Shown one piece after another: positions 1-14,100 of a stretch of 64,000 nt of DNA (position 1 is its first letter; each line of letters starts with the position of its first letter). This DNA is from Phoronis australis (Eukaryota > Animalia > Phoronida). The notes beneath the pieces are model-generated. The model was not told the origin of the DNA. It saw only the letters and a list, made by a program, of their open reading frames with translations, and searched no databases. The DNA is taken from assembly GCA_002633005.1 (NCBI GenBank), contig NMRA01000001.1:4385191-4449190 (forward strand). Direction: 5' to 3'. The translations under genes were made by a program, and so were the position numbers.

Positions 1-1951
1 CGCTTGAGCTGAGGTGCCACCAGCAATCTCTTAGCATTAGAACAGACGACTATTAGCGGTGCTCAAGAGTCATGAGCCTAACATTGGTGAAACCAGAAAA
101 AAAGCACCAGTGTACAGAAAAACCCCAATGCGAGTAGTTCTGAATCAGCGGAATCGAACATGAGTAGGAGACTGTCTCAGAGAGTGTTACTCTGACACTT
201 CCCGCTCTTGACTTTTGAATATAGACACAATTCTATGTTCAATACTGCAACGTTGACTAATAACAAGGGATTAGGCATTTGTTGCAGAATTCGTGCGTAA
301 TTAAAATTACCAATTTGAACAAATAACATCAATCACAAGTGGCTCCTTGCAAGCAGACGTGCAGGAAGTTGTTCTCTTTACGTGACCTCGCTGTTCATTG
401 GTTAGTGTACACCATATTAACCAAACATTAACCAATGAGAGTGGTGCTCACTTAATGACTTTAAAAATGGCCTACTTAGCTACCTCTTTATCGTGTATCT
501 TTAGTAAAGAGAATAATCCCAACGTAACAATATCGATAATTTGATTCGCAATGTTGAGCTTAGCAAGCAGTGGTCAGTGATAGTTTTAGACGCGTAAGGT
601 GTGTGTTGTTTGCTTCTAACATGACTTTGCCATCAAATCTTTATTTAGATGGCTTATCGGTATCAAGTTTTGGCCGGCTGTCTGTTATAAGAACGGGGAA
701 GTGAGAGAACACAGTTTCCTCGGACCGGTTGACATTTTTGCAACTTTCTCACTATTCTCGCATTTGGTTTGAAGAACTGATATTTTTTATTAATTTTATT
801 TTTACAGACACATGTTCAAAATCTTTGTTGTAGCAAGGAGACTATGGCAAATTAACCAAAAACGCCTGCTAAGAAAAGGCATTGTTCCTCATGGATAGAA
901 GTAAGCTCATTTATGCAAATTTAAAAATAAATTGATATATTTTGTGAAAGAAAAAACCTGCAAAAATCTTGTTCAATTGACTGGATTACTTCACCATGAT
1001 TATAAAATTAAGCAAAAACGGAGGTAAGTTAAGATTAGGATTTCAACAAAGTTGATTTTGGCATAAATATAAATATTCAAACTAAAATTCAAAAATACCC
1101 ATGTAGTTTTTAACTTACTGTCTCGTTTTCGTCCGATGCAACTTTTGAATTTTCAGAAAAAATACCAAAAATCCTACTTTTTGATGGTATCTTATACAAA
1201 ATTCGAAAATTTGAAAAACAATGCACAAATAGTGAAATATTAAATAGCTATAGGCATAAATTGTACTATCTGAATGTTTTGTTAGAATTCAGCCAGCCAT
1301 TCCAGAGACATGATTCCTGAAATTAGTCAAATTTTGATATTTTCCAGGGATACTCATACACTGTGTGAAATGCGTGGACTAATCGGCATTGAGTGTTAAT
1401 TGGATACCTTCCATTCTTCGATTGTGGTGAGTCAATGTACTCGTCACGACGAGCATTTAATATCAAGACCCCATTTCACTCGTTGCTAGTTGGTTGACAG
1501 CGCCTCGTTTGGTTAACAAAAGACAAGGTTTTATACCCAGAAGAACGTGCGCGTTGAAGGTTGACTGTTTAAGCTCCGATTCTTGCTTGTTTACTTAGAC
1601 TATTTTGAGTTAATTCATGCTCGCGCATTTGGGTTTCAGGTTCCTTTTTATAATATTTATTATTGCCCGTTTACACAACGTGTACAATTAAATAGTTTTT
1701 GTGTGCACCGTACACTCTTGCGTTGCGCATTTACGGCGAGCAGATGTCATTCAAAACCGCAAATCGGTTTAGTCGGCGAATGGAGACTTCCAGTGGGAGG
1801 TGCTAAACTGTCAATCAAATTGCCCTTTATGAATCAGAAGTTCATAAAGGTTGGTGGAGATAGGTACCTTGCAGCCGCCTCCGTCCAATCATCAACTCAC
1901 CTGATAAGCCAGAGTTCATTCGATTGTACGTCGGCTCAAGCCAGAAGAACC

Positions 1952-2149
1952 ATGGCTGTTGACGGGGCACAGGTTTTCTCTTTGCTCACAATTTTATCAC
2001 TTTCCAGCGCAGTTCATGTAAAACATTTTTATCCATTTGGCCTGGAAAACGGCGACCAAGCACTTCCTAAAGCAGACGATCTCAGCTCGGGGAATATTCG
2101 TCTTCGAGCTCCAATCGCCTTTTACCGACAGTTGCACAGACGCTTATAC
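1952..2149 (+). CDS. NID: Nidogen exon 1 (signal peptide, NIDO start)
   Basis: [43 protein letters not shown]...RRLY; donor GTGAGT at 2150. Confidence 0.92.
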
Positions 2150-5100
2150 GTGAGTAGACGTTTGTTGTCATGTTATTCTATCACTTTAGCCTGTTTGGCC
2201 TGCTACACTCATCATCTTGTAGAGACAGGTGTATTGGTCGTTCTTCAATCTGACACCAGACTCATCGAAAGTATGCATCACTGTCGAACATGATGAAGAA
2301 CGATTTTTCGAACTTACTGAGCGTTTTAATCATTCCGAGCACACTCTAATGGCATAGTTATCACCCGAGAAAATTCATCGTTCGTATTATATTTAAAATT
2401 GTCAAACACTGCTCTTTCAGGGACTAATTTCCATTTTCAAAACTTTGCTTCTTGAACTGCATGAGACCGCGTTTATAACTGCAACCAGTCCAAGGAACCG
2501 GACCTACTTACTGCTTAGCCTCAAATTGTTTCTAATTATCCAGATGAAAGTGTGATTCCGGGATCTAATAGTAGTCCCACGTCCTTCCTCAATACCGTGC
2601 CCGGCTTGTTGAATCACAGGCCGTGACAATCCAACTTGTAGAGCCTAGTCTCTGCCAGTTCTTTCAAAGACCAGAATTACCGCTAATTCGACTGAGGAAC
2701 AACTTGAGACCAATTTCGCTATGAGTAGTCAAAATCAAAATTTGTATTTTTATGGAAGCAGGGTGCTAGGGGCTTTCAGTTGTACATTTTGAGTGTGTTG
2801 AAAAATTTGTAACCACAAAAATTATCCAAAGACGAATCGAGATACAACGTACACGGGACTTTGTCAAACATTCATTTTGGTGGATCAGCCGAGTTCAATA
2901 GCTTATTGTCGGATGTGTAAATCAGTGTAAAATATAGCGCATTGACAGTGTTTATTGATTGTTTGATTGGCCTCGGATCGCGACCTAAGATTTAGGTTAC
3001 ACCAGGCTTATAAAATACTTGATAGGTAATCAAACGGTCCCACCATGAGTGTTTCGGCTTGCTCATTTCTTATATACGATCATATGACAAGACTGAATCT
3101 GCTCTTATTGTCTGCGATGGAGTTCAAGTGGCGTCAATCGTCTCTGTAGGGCCTCCATTCTCGGATAGCCGTGTAGGCTAACAACAATAGTTAATGTACA
3201 GGTTCTTTGTGTAGGTACCTGTGCATCGCATGAACTTTGCACCCCTGTGGTTTGTTTTCACAAAAAGTTTATGCCAGGTTAAGCTGTCAGACCGTCGACT
3301 TGATGGCGCTATTCATTCTGAAAAAAGTACCACGGCAACAGGCGATGGTTTCGTTGCCTCAAATAGTTTCGCGCGTCAGTTGGCGTGTCGGCCAAGATAA
3401 GGGTTGTACGAACGCTTGGCCAGGGCAGAGTTCCAGAGACGCAAGAATATAGCAAAAGTAGCTAGTTTGATCATGTGCTGTGCTTGTTATACGTGGCGAC
3501 ATCTCGCGACGTCCTGCATTTTCGCCAGAATCTCACCTGTACGGCACGACGCCGGGGTGGGGGGGGGGGGGGGNGGGGGGGGTCTGTGAATTAAGACTTA
3601 TGACACTTATGACAAAAATTTGACCTTACGCTCCACAAGTATTTCTTAGTAGTCTGATTAAAACTCACTTTAGGAAAAGTACCCGAGCATATACCCATCA
3701 CTGTTAGTTCCTGACTAAGTTTGTACAACTTATTTCCAAGCATTGATGATTATAATTACATGACTAAGCCCTTATTTGGAAATTGTGAAGTGGCAGCTTA
3801 GGAACAAAATTTCTGGCTTAATTCTAATATAGGCCTAGACCCTTCAAATCATCGCAAGCGCTGTTACCCCATCGGATGCTTTTTAAGATGAATAAAAAAT
3901 GAATCGTTCTCACGCCAATCTCACGCTTATCTCACGCTCAGTGTACTATTACAGTCTGCAGCTGCGTGTTGTATATTGTGCAGATAGTCTAGTTGACACA
4001 GTTCATTTTTAACACGATGTGATGCTTGCAGCTTACATGCGCGAAAGCCCCAAACCTATAAATGGATTTTCATCTGTCCTGTCGCAACAGCTTTTTGGAC
4101 TGTTTCATGATTCTGGATGTATTCTTTTAATGTTTGCGTACTGAGGACGGTGCACACAAGTTGTTCTTCGGTTGTGAGCTGGTTCACGTCCCCCTCTCGC
4201 TCACGTGACTCATGAGCACTCTAAACACTCCAATTCTCATTTTCGTCTTTTGGGCCACTGTCTACACATTGTCTACAGCACCCGATTGTCGTATACCACT
4301 TCGTATCCGAGTTATTAGCTCGAAAAGTCGTGTCGGAACACTCGTGCATTCCGGGTTGCAGCAATATACGACAATCGCATACGACTAAAGCCCTAGCTTA
4401 TTACCTCTGGTTAGTTTAATCAACTTCGCCTTAACAATCATGAAGGCAGCGGTCCAAAAGTTGCCGACCACTGAGGTGAATGAAAGTCGAGGGAAAATCG
4501 AACGTGCTCTATCTAAAACGACACATCACATACGACTTTTATCTCGAAATGTGTGACGTGTCCACTATCTCTCCAGTCAGTTGTATGTGACTAACAATAA
4601 GAAATCGTGAACGAAGAATCGGATTGTGCCGACAGTATTTAGACTTATAGCCTGAAATGCCTTATTGTGATGTAACAGGGACCAGTTTACGGGGTTCAAT
4701 TACCTGTATGACTGAGCAAATATTTAAGAGTTGAGTGTCCTACATCACTATCAGCACATGTAAACAGTGAGGTCAGGTAGTATAATGGACAGGTGTGAAT
4801 AGAGAGCAGGGGTCCGGCTTGAGCCTATTCAGTAGAGTAGGGCTGACCACACTTGATATCTCTATGGGAATTGCTCTTTTGACTTTAGCATTGACATCAG
4901 ATATTGTATACTGCCAAGGTAGGCAGTGTGGCCTAGTGGGATAAGTGTCCGCTGCCTTCGTGGGTTCGAATTCTTCAATGGGGCAAACTGCTAGACCTTC
5001 AGGTCTCTCATAGCTCCCCATGAAAATGGTTCCACGTGGTCAGTGCAATGGGCCCACTTGAGCGGCCTGCACACGTCTGTTGCAACAGCCTGAAATTACT

Positions 5101-8100
5101 TTTTTAGTTTAAAAAACTATATTCTGACAAGACGCTCAACTCTGACTGCTGGTATTGAATATGCAGGCATCGACCACTGCAGGTTTTTTGTCCATATTAT
5201 TCGGCCGTGTAAAGTAAAACATTTAAAATGCGAAAGTAGGCCTACAACTTCTCAATTTTCTCGTTAGAAATATTCAAGTTTCAATTTAAGTCCTGTCGCA
5301 ACATTCTCCGATGGTATTGCCACAGTGGGGGTTGTTCACACAGTCCCCCTTTACTCGACTTGGTCGCACATGGCTTGCCGTCATTATAGAATTTATAGAA
5401 AAAATATAGGTTTATTCTTCAGTTTAAAGTAAGCATAGAAATCAAGGCTCGTGAAGGACGATAGAAGAATGCAAACCAATAGTGTTCGATTTCTTTTCCA
5501 AATGATCTGTATGATATTGTCCTCATTCTAGAGAGGTTACTCGTCGCTTGTGTTCCAGGTGTTCACCAGGCTCTTCTCCTCTCGTACACTCGGGAGATAG
5601 ATCTCTTGTGTGCTCCTTAAGCCAGCTTTGATTGCCACCACCACCGGCGTCCTCAGCCATTTTCCACTGCGCAGCAAACAGCTCCTCGATTTTAATTAAT
5701 TCAACCACCGGTACAAAACCAACGTCGCAAATTGACGTCTTCTGATAAAATCAGAAAAACAACGGATTTTGTTGTTTTACTTTTAAACTACCAACTTCAA
5801 CCCTACGATAACTTCAAACGTTTTTCGGCCCAAGACTGACTGGTCTTTTAAGAAAACAAGTTCACTTGATATTCCGGTGTGTGAAAATCAATGATTTTAA
5901 CAGTTGCGTCGCCATTTTGTCACTGATACGATGTTTCTACGAAATTACATTAAAATCCGCAAGGAAAGTCTAACGGTAAACTGACGCGACAACTATATTC
6001 CAGAGATTGAAGGCGATTGTGAAATTTTTGTTTACAGGGAGTTAAACGAGTGTAACAGTTGTCAAACTGATTCAGAAAATACAGTAGGCCTAGGCCTATG
6101 TCTGCACGACATAATTCCTCATACCACCCAGTACTGATTGTTGGAACACTTTAGCAGGTCAAACACCACGAGTTTCTATTTAAATGAGAGACATCGGCGA
6201 GAAAAAGGATTTTCTGAGATCAGACTCAGGGCGGAGTATAAGCTTGATCGGCTCGATCCTCTGCGGTCTCGGACAAGTTCTCTGTTGACGGAATTAAATC
6301 CCGCTTGATAAGTACCATCTCGCAACGTCTAGTACATAGTAATTCACTTTCCCCTGTGAAGAATTTTGTTGAAAAAATAGCAAAGTTCACGATATTTGAA
6401 ATACGCGAGAAGGAAAACCCTGTGGTTACCACGGAGTTTCTAATCTACCTCCCATTTATGATAAATGCGCGCATGCGCTCACAGTCAGTTGCTTGAAGTC
6501 GCTTGATGACAAATGCAACATTTTTTCATATAAGAGAGTTGTGCTACGTCTGTGTCTTGCCATACCAAATAAGGAGACGTGCTTTGCATAATGGTAGAAA
6601 AATCGACTAAGTGGTGAGCAGTTGACAGATAGTTTTTCTAGAAATTTGAAACTAAGAGAAAATGCTTTGATATCAACAGAAATTAAACATCTTTACGAAC
6701 GAACAGTAAAAATACTTGGTGAGCAGGATGGATACTGTTTCAATTGCATAAAACCACTTTCAATATTGCAATCAATTTATTCTGTTTGTCGCGTTCCAGG
6801 CCTCCCATCGGCCTTGATTTCAGTGAATGTCTGGCTGACATCCGCCACAGTTGGTAATTCGTAATAACATAAAAAACACTACGGATTGTGTTGTTTTATT
6901 GCTCTCGTCAAGGCTAACTTCAAGAAGTCTGCCCCTTCCAACAATAATCCCTAAGGACGGAGTGTGGCCTAGAGGGATAAGTGTCCGCTTACTTTACTCA
7001 AGATCGTGGGTTCAAATCTTAGTGTGGCACACTGTTAAACCTTTGAGTCAGGTCGCTAGCTCCTCAGCTCAGTCTTAGCTATACATTGATAAAGCATGAA
7101 AATGGTTCCACGTGATCAGTGCAATGGGCCCACATGAGCGTCCTTGCGCGCGTCTGGTACCAGGTGTACCAAATCGTCTGCAATATGACAATGTTCCCAA
7201 AAATGCATTTTTCGACCGTAAACCCCGCAATGTCCATTGAAACAAGCTCTTGTATCCTTTAAAAATGTAAACCTTTCCTTTTTCCTTTAATAAAAGATAT
7301 ATGGCTTCGAAGCAGCACAAAATGGATTTACGTGTTGTCCGTGGATGAAATTCCTGCATCGAAGCCTATTGTGTGTGTACCATTGCCTGCGGTATATAAA
7401 ATTACGCTAACATTTGCTTTTTGTGAAATGTTGTTTAGAGTAAATTAAACACAAAATAAAATCTGAGGCATTGATAACCCTTAGTGAGGATGATCAGTTT
7501 TCATATTTAGCTGCAGGACAACATTCTTACAGTCTGGGCAATATGCGAATTACATGTTGGGCGACCTAATGTGGTACAAACGACTGACACCTGCTGTGAG
7601 TCTAAACATCACCACTCTAACTAGTGTCGCCGCCTTTGTCAAAGACTCGGTCATATAGTAATTATAAGTCACTAATATGTTTTGTCTGAAAACATACATA
7701 TATGATTTCTCGACCATGAAAGATTCAAAAAGCTGACCCAGATTTTCCATTCCCCGTCATGGAGTTTTCTGTACGTCAAATCACAACTAATTCTCGTTAC
7801 AACACCACATGATTTGATCACTGCATTCAAAGACTACTAGCAACAAACAACGGTTGAGGACGACCGCAGTTTGGCAAATACATCGAAAAGAATTTTGGTC
7901 TTTGATCTGGGTATAAAAACCCCATGCCCTTGTTCTTGCATTTAAACGATAATCACCGATCAGATGTTCCGGGACCCCGATTAAATTTTGCCAGTGCGCG
8001 AGCATTGTTAGAGTATGGTAGGATACGCGGATCGCTGTGGTGTATAAAATACGAAAAATCGGTTGAATTGAACTTTAGCTGTATTATTCGCCAAACTCCG

Positions 8101-11100
8101 CTTTAGCAACATAAAGTGTAAAAGTTTACAAATGGTATGGGGCCGGGGTCTAATCTTTTTATTCGAAATGATTTTTGACATTTTTCCGTTCTACTTTTGT
8201 GCGAACTCGATATAGGTATCTCAGAGTATAAACTGTGCTCGAGTACGTTATGCTTCATCCTTACGAATTTCTTGTCCAAGTTTGCACTTGTTTGCCCTTA
8301 GATTCCAGGTTCAAGCTCGAGTAAAAACTCAAGAATTCGAGTAAAAAGATAAGGCCTCGGGCACTGATATTTTGTTTGTGGCTTACTTTCTCGTTTTACT
8401 GCAATTACTGTAAAGCACGTAGCAATATGTTGTTGTTGTTGTTATTTAAGAAGCGTTGTGGTGATAACAATTTATGACAATGGTAGCGAATGCCACATGG
8501 CAATGCTAATCGTGATCTCATCTGTGGTACCTCACTAGTGCTCACGATGTAGACTAGAGTGAAAAATACGAGAACCCTCCTCGTGGTCATAATTTCCTTC
8601 ATGATGCATAGCTAGAATTTTTTCAAAGGTATCTAAATGCAACAAATTCGTGTTCAAACCGTGAACTGAAGGCACAGTTGGCCGCGGGTGCATGCACCGA
8701 ACGTTATACTGTTGAAACTTCCTGGGTTGTATAGATGTTTGGGTGGCGAGACACAATATTGCTCTTTTTATACTGTTTGATAGGAAATTGGCCACGAAAC
8801 GAGAACAAAAAGGCTTTGAAATTGTCAAAGGAAATTCCTTTACGTTGTTTGGTGAAAGCTTTTTCTCGTTTACTCCTGTAGTATTTTGTGGCACTGTGTT
8901 TCTGTCTACCCGTGTATATGTCTATGGTGTTTTGTATTGAATTGAGCATAATAAGCTGTTTTACACAATGTTTCCTTCATCTCTCATTCACCTTGCTATT
9001 GGACCTACTTAAACCCAGCTAGTGGTGCATGTAATTAGTAACGGATGCCCGTGAACTATTCAGCCGTGTGTTTAATTAAACCCGATGACTCTACGGAGGG
9101 TCTCACCAGGTGCTCGGGACGACATGTGCAGACTAGCATATCGTACGCGAAACTAAGATGAACCTTATGCGGGTCATTTTGTGTTATTTTTTAAAGAAGA
9201 AATCCATTGTTGCGCATATAGACGTGACACCTTTCATTGCATAAGTGAATATTAACTGCTTGCCAGTGCTTTTTGGATATATAATTTCCCCGGATCAGAC
9301 GGGATTTATAAAAGGGAGATGTATGGATGAAAATATAAGATTGATCTATGATATTATGAATTTCTGTGAAAAAATGGTATATCGGGGCTATTGTTACAAA
9401 TACATTTTGAAAAAGCTTTTGATAGCTTGTCATGGAGCATTATAAATAACGTTTTGGATATCTTTAATTTCAACGCCTCAATTAATCGTTGGATTAAAAC
9501 TTTTTATAATTGTCCGGTGTCATGCTCTGTTTAAAAGGGGTTTTCTGTCCAGAACTTTTACTCTGCACAGGGGGTGTAGACAAGGTGATTCTCTTTCTCC
9601 ACATGCTTTCATTTTATGTGCTGAAATATTAGCTATGGTGACGAAACGAGATAGGGAAATTAAAGACATTCAAATAGGAAATAATGAATTTATACTTACT
9701 CAGTATGCTGACGATACAACGTTTTTCTTGGATGGTTCTCGGCGCAGTTTGGAAGCTACTATTTTTTAAAGAAAAAAATCCATTGTTGCGCATATAGACG
9801 TGACACCTTTCATTGCATGATGTGCCCAATTTCGTAAGTGAACATTAACTGCTTGAATGTCTTGCAGACTTTCTGAAATCCTGATTTGAGTAAAATCTGC
9901 ACAGACATGTCGACAGATTTCCATATCATTCGGCACATGAACAACACGTATGAAGTGCGTGTTTAAGGGACATTGTCGACCATTTTCGGGATTATTGATG
10001 GATGGGATAGAGCTATAAAACAATAACATTTGTATGGGTTTTTGCTATTTATTACATTTCGCCAAATGTCACCATTGGCTTCCAGACATTAGTAGACATC
10101 AAGACCGATGACTTTACTAGTTAAAAACATTTTAAATACTTTTTTGAGTGGAAATCAGCTCCGCCAATAGAGCGTTGGACTGCGAATGCGGGTGTTCCGC
10201 CGCTGAGGCTGATCTCAGAAAATTACTGTTCGTGCCGATAACGTCCCTCTAATAATAAATAGGTCATATGAACGCTAATAAATTTATCTTTTTAAACAAA
10301 ACCAGCACCTTCGCATTCTGCGCAGTGTTTGTTTCCACACCAAACACATTTATCCTCTTGTCTCGAGTTATAAGATAACCACCCGAGCGGTACGTGGCTT
10401 TAGTAATTAACAAATCATTTTTATGGCATGCAGACAGAACATATTTGTGTCACCATAGATCAAACCTCCATTTCCGTATGTTATGGAGTGTGGCAAGTTA
10501 GGCGGGAAAAATGAAAATGATCAATATTCCTGATTTACAAACCTTAATTTCAAATCGTTAAACATAGACACTTTCATCATGTCACTTTTTTAGGCTATTC
10601 AGCCGCTTTTGTGCCGCACGGTAAAACCACAAGTTATTAATTGAAAAACCGGCTTTGTTATCATTAACAAGTTTTTATTCAACTTGTGACATTTTCTAAA
10701 TTGAAATGTTTCTGTTCCCCAGACGTCCCTCACCTCACCTTTCAATCTCTATTTTTTCAGTTGCATTGTCATGCAAAATCCCTTTGTTGACCCTCGCATC
10801 GACAATTTCCCTACAAATCATCACTTCAGGGGCCCCATTCCCTCACCCCGTATGGTTCACTCCTTGATGGTGGAACGTATTTTCACCGTGCTATTATGTG
10901 ATTAATGGTCAGTTCCAGAAACCGGGAAGTTGAATGAGACGTCAATGTCATTGAAACAGAAACTTTTATTGGTCTTGCTTCAGTGAACGTCATCTGAGAT
11001 TGTTGATCTGTGATACAATGCATAGAATACGTGTTCACATAAGTCAACGATGTTTGTAAACAAAAACAATTTGAAGTGGGTGATATTGATTATGACGAAA

Positions 11101-14100
11101 TCCAAATAAGATAGGTGAACATTAACTGTCGGTTGGCTTCCTAACATCTGCGGTGCACGTTATAACACATGTCCGAGCTGTTTATCATTTAACAGCTTCA
11201 TAATATTTTCATTCGTTGCCGCTATGTATCATTTGTGGTTTATTTATTTGACCTATTTGATAGCCTAATTTGATGTTGCCGAGAAATGAGGCTTTAGGTG
11301 TCTGACAAGCTTGCATTGTTCTGCTGATTCGGTTCCACCGTTCAGGTTAATTCTGCTCTGAAAATTAGGCAACCAGGATTTTGTGCCTGACGAACCGGCT
11401 TCACGGTCCCCAGTTTCCCAAAATGCGCTCATCGATTTGGGACTAAAGATCAGATGAAAATTTTCGTGAAAACATTTATTAGTGTTTTGTGAAGACACAG
11501 TTATAGCGGTTGTAAACCCACCTTCCATCGTAGGTTGGATTCGGGCCTCCTACCGTAACGAAGTTGGTCTCAAATTATTCATAAGGCCAAGTGCCGAAGC
11601 AATATTTTCGTCACGGTTGTTCAGTGCTGGGCAAAAATCGATAAGAATTTATTGGTAAGTAAATGCTTTAATGCAATTTTCTGGTAGTGATTAGGCAAAT
11701 AAATACTAGGTCTACTACTGCTGCCGCCGCCGCCTCGCCACCACCACCGCCGCCGCCACCACCACCGCCGCCACCACCACCACCACCACCACCACCACTA
11801 CTAATCATAATAATAGTTATGGTAATAGGATAGTAATAATATCAGTATTAGTAAAAACATACTCTTTTCCAATAATATCAATGTTTGTGTTAAGCTAAAA
11901 ACAAACAAAATCGACTAAAAAACGTTAGAAAAGGACAATAAAAACAATAAATGCTAAAACATTTTTTACGACCAGTCAAGGCTGCGATGGGTAACTTGTA
12001 CAGTCATCTCAACTATGACGAGACTGCCGATAATCCAGTTTTGATATTTCCGCTCAGGTGAAATAACAGCTTAACATATTTGTTTAAGGTTGATAGCAAA
12101 CAAACATGTGTATGTTCTGCTACTTGGCTGAAGTTCTCAAGATGGATCATTTTACAAACACAGTGGTAGTGGTAATTACAAGTGTTACAGTGCTGGTTGG
12201 AGGCAGACTTACAAGTTAATAAACTAATCTTTGCACATTAATGTGCTACTCTGTCCAGTGTAAATCGATGTAGCATTGAATGGAGATTCAGCCAATACAT
12301 TTCGTTCAGAACAAACCACTCTAGGTGAATGCGGGGAAACTCAAGTGGTTTGAAGCGTCTCACTGTGATTGGTGGGGACGTCTACGAACAACTGGGGTAT
12401 GACGCCCAATGAATGTTACTCAAGGCACGAATGGAGCGGGACGCCAGTGGCGGACTTGGGGGGGGGGCAAAGGAGCCTTGCCTCTCCTAAAATTCTCCAG
12501 ATTCCATTTGGCAGTTCGGGGTGCGAATTGCTGACTGGCATATGCGCGCACCTAGGGGGACTCGGGGGGGGGGGGGCGANNNNNNNNNNNNNNNNNNNNN
12601 NNNNNNNNNNNNNNNNNNNNNNNNNNNNNNNNNNNNNNNNNNNNNNNNNNNNNNNNNNNNNNNNNNNNNNNNNNNNNNNNNNNNNNNNNNNNNNNNNNNN
12701 NNNNNNNNNNNNNNNNNNNNNNNNNNNNNNNNNNNNNNNNNNNNNNNNNNNNNNNNNNNNNNNNNNNNNNNNNNNNNNNNNNNNNNNNNNNNNNNNNNNN
12801 NNNNNNNNNNNGTGTCCTGTTCCGGCGACTTCGTAAGAAATTCGCAGTCAAACAACAAAAATGTTCACAAAAAACCCCCGCGCACGTCCATCGGTTGCCG
12901 CTCGAGGTCAAGGACGGTACGGAAATTGCCGGTGAGTTACGGAAGTACCGACATCGGTCGCGTAAAGTCACGATGTCGGTACTTCCGTAACTCACCGGCA
13001 ATTTCCGTACCGTCCTTGACCTCGAGCGGCAACCGATGGACGTGCGCGGGGGTTTTTTGTGAACATTTTTGTTGTTTGACTGCGAATTTCTTACGAAGTC
13101 GCCGGAACAGGACACTGTGGATGGTATTGGGAGAAAGAACAATTCTTCATGGTTTGTTGAACCCCTGTTTTGTGTAAATTTATTGAGTTTTATGTTTGCT
13201 ATGGACGGCTGAAGTGAAGCACCCGTGGAATTTCTGGTCGGAAGTGTCCTACCTTGTAGTATTATATGTAGTGTATTGGGGACGATCAGAAGCTGAGGAC
13301 GCCTGTGGTTTACCCGTTTTTTCCCTTTTTAGTAATAAGGTCCACAAACCCAAAAGTTCAAGACCCCCTACAGTAGGCTGGGTGCGCGGATGTGGTGAAA
13401 TTCTGGTTATTCCTGAGCCCTGCCCACCTAACTCAAAATCCTGGATCCGCCCATGGACGCTATCTGTGATTGACGTGAACGTGGCCATTTCTCAAGGGAC
13501 GAACGGAGTTGGATGTCCCCTTTAATCATTATTCATGGGACGAATGGAGTGGGCGTCGCCTGTGGTCATTATTCAATAAGAGACAAATGGAGACGAACAT
13601 CCCCTGTGGTCATTACTCAAGGGACGAATGGATCGAGAAGTCCCTTGTTCTCATTATTCTTGAAAGAGACGAATGAGCGAGACATCCCTTGTGGTCATCA
13701 CTCAATTAGGGGCGAATGGAGTGGGACGTCCCCTGTGCCTCATTATTCATGGGGCGAATGGACTGGGCGTCCCCTGTGGTCATGATTCATGGGACGAATA
13801 ATGGGACGTCCGATGTGGTCCTTGTACTCAAGGGATGAATGGAGTGAGACGTCTCCTGTGAGTGTTGTGCACGTAGTCAGTATACTCAAGGGACGACTTT
13901 TGCTTTCATGACAGTAACGAACAACAAGTGAATACCGCCAGAAGAAAAACATACGCTCATTAATTTCATGTCTCTACCGATGTGGACATGTTCTCAGTTT
14001 ATTATCAACTCGTACATTGAAACTATACGAAATGGGTGTAAACAAAAACATTTACATTGATATTCACTTGGCCGTGCCTCTGTAAGGGGTTAAGGCATTG

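Noticed and set aside
1583-1951. 123-codon in-frame extension upstream of the nidogen ATG
   Set aside because: Begins at a non-ATG codon in promoter/UTR-like sequence, and the signal peptide follows ATG 1952.
3554-3582. Poly-G run (possible G-quadruplex)
   Set aside because: Contains an ambiguous base and resembles the G-rich MITE ends elsewhere, so its length is unreliable.
5523-5920. Minus-strand MAEDAGGGG mini-ORF with an upstream AAAATGGCG motif
   Set aside because: Looks like a gene or transposon 5' end, but it stops without a convincing donor and I found no partner exons.
8405-8949. Overlapping minus-strand ORFs in nidogen intron 1
   Set aside because: No motif that I recognise and no consistent splice pattern; possibly decayed transposon sequence.
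12369-13177. Long ORFs on both strands with near-identical translations
   Set aside because: Artefact of the N gap plus the palindrome.
13456-13895. Repeat array superficially like a CRISPR
   Set aside because: Eukaryotic intron, degenerate head-to-tail units without unique spacers, and no cas genes.
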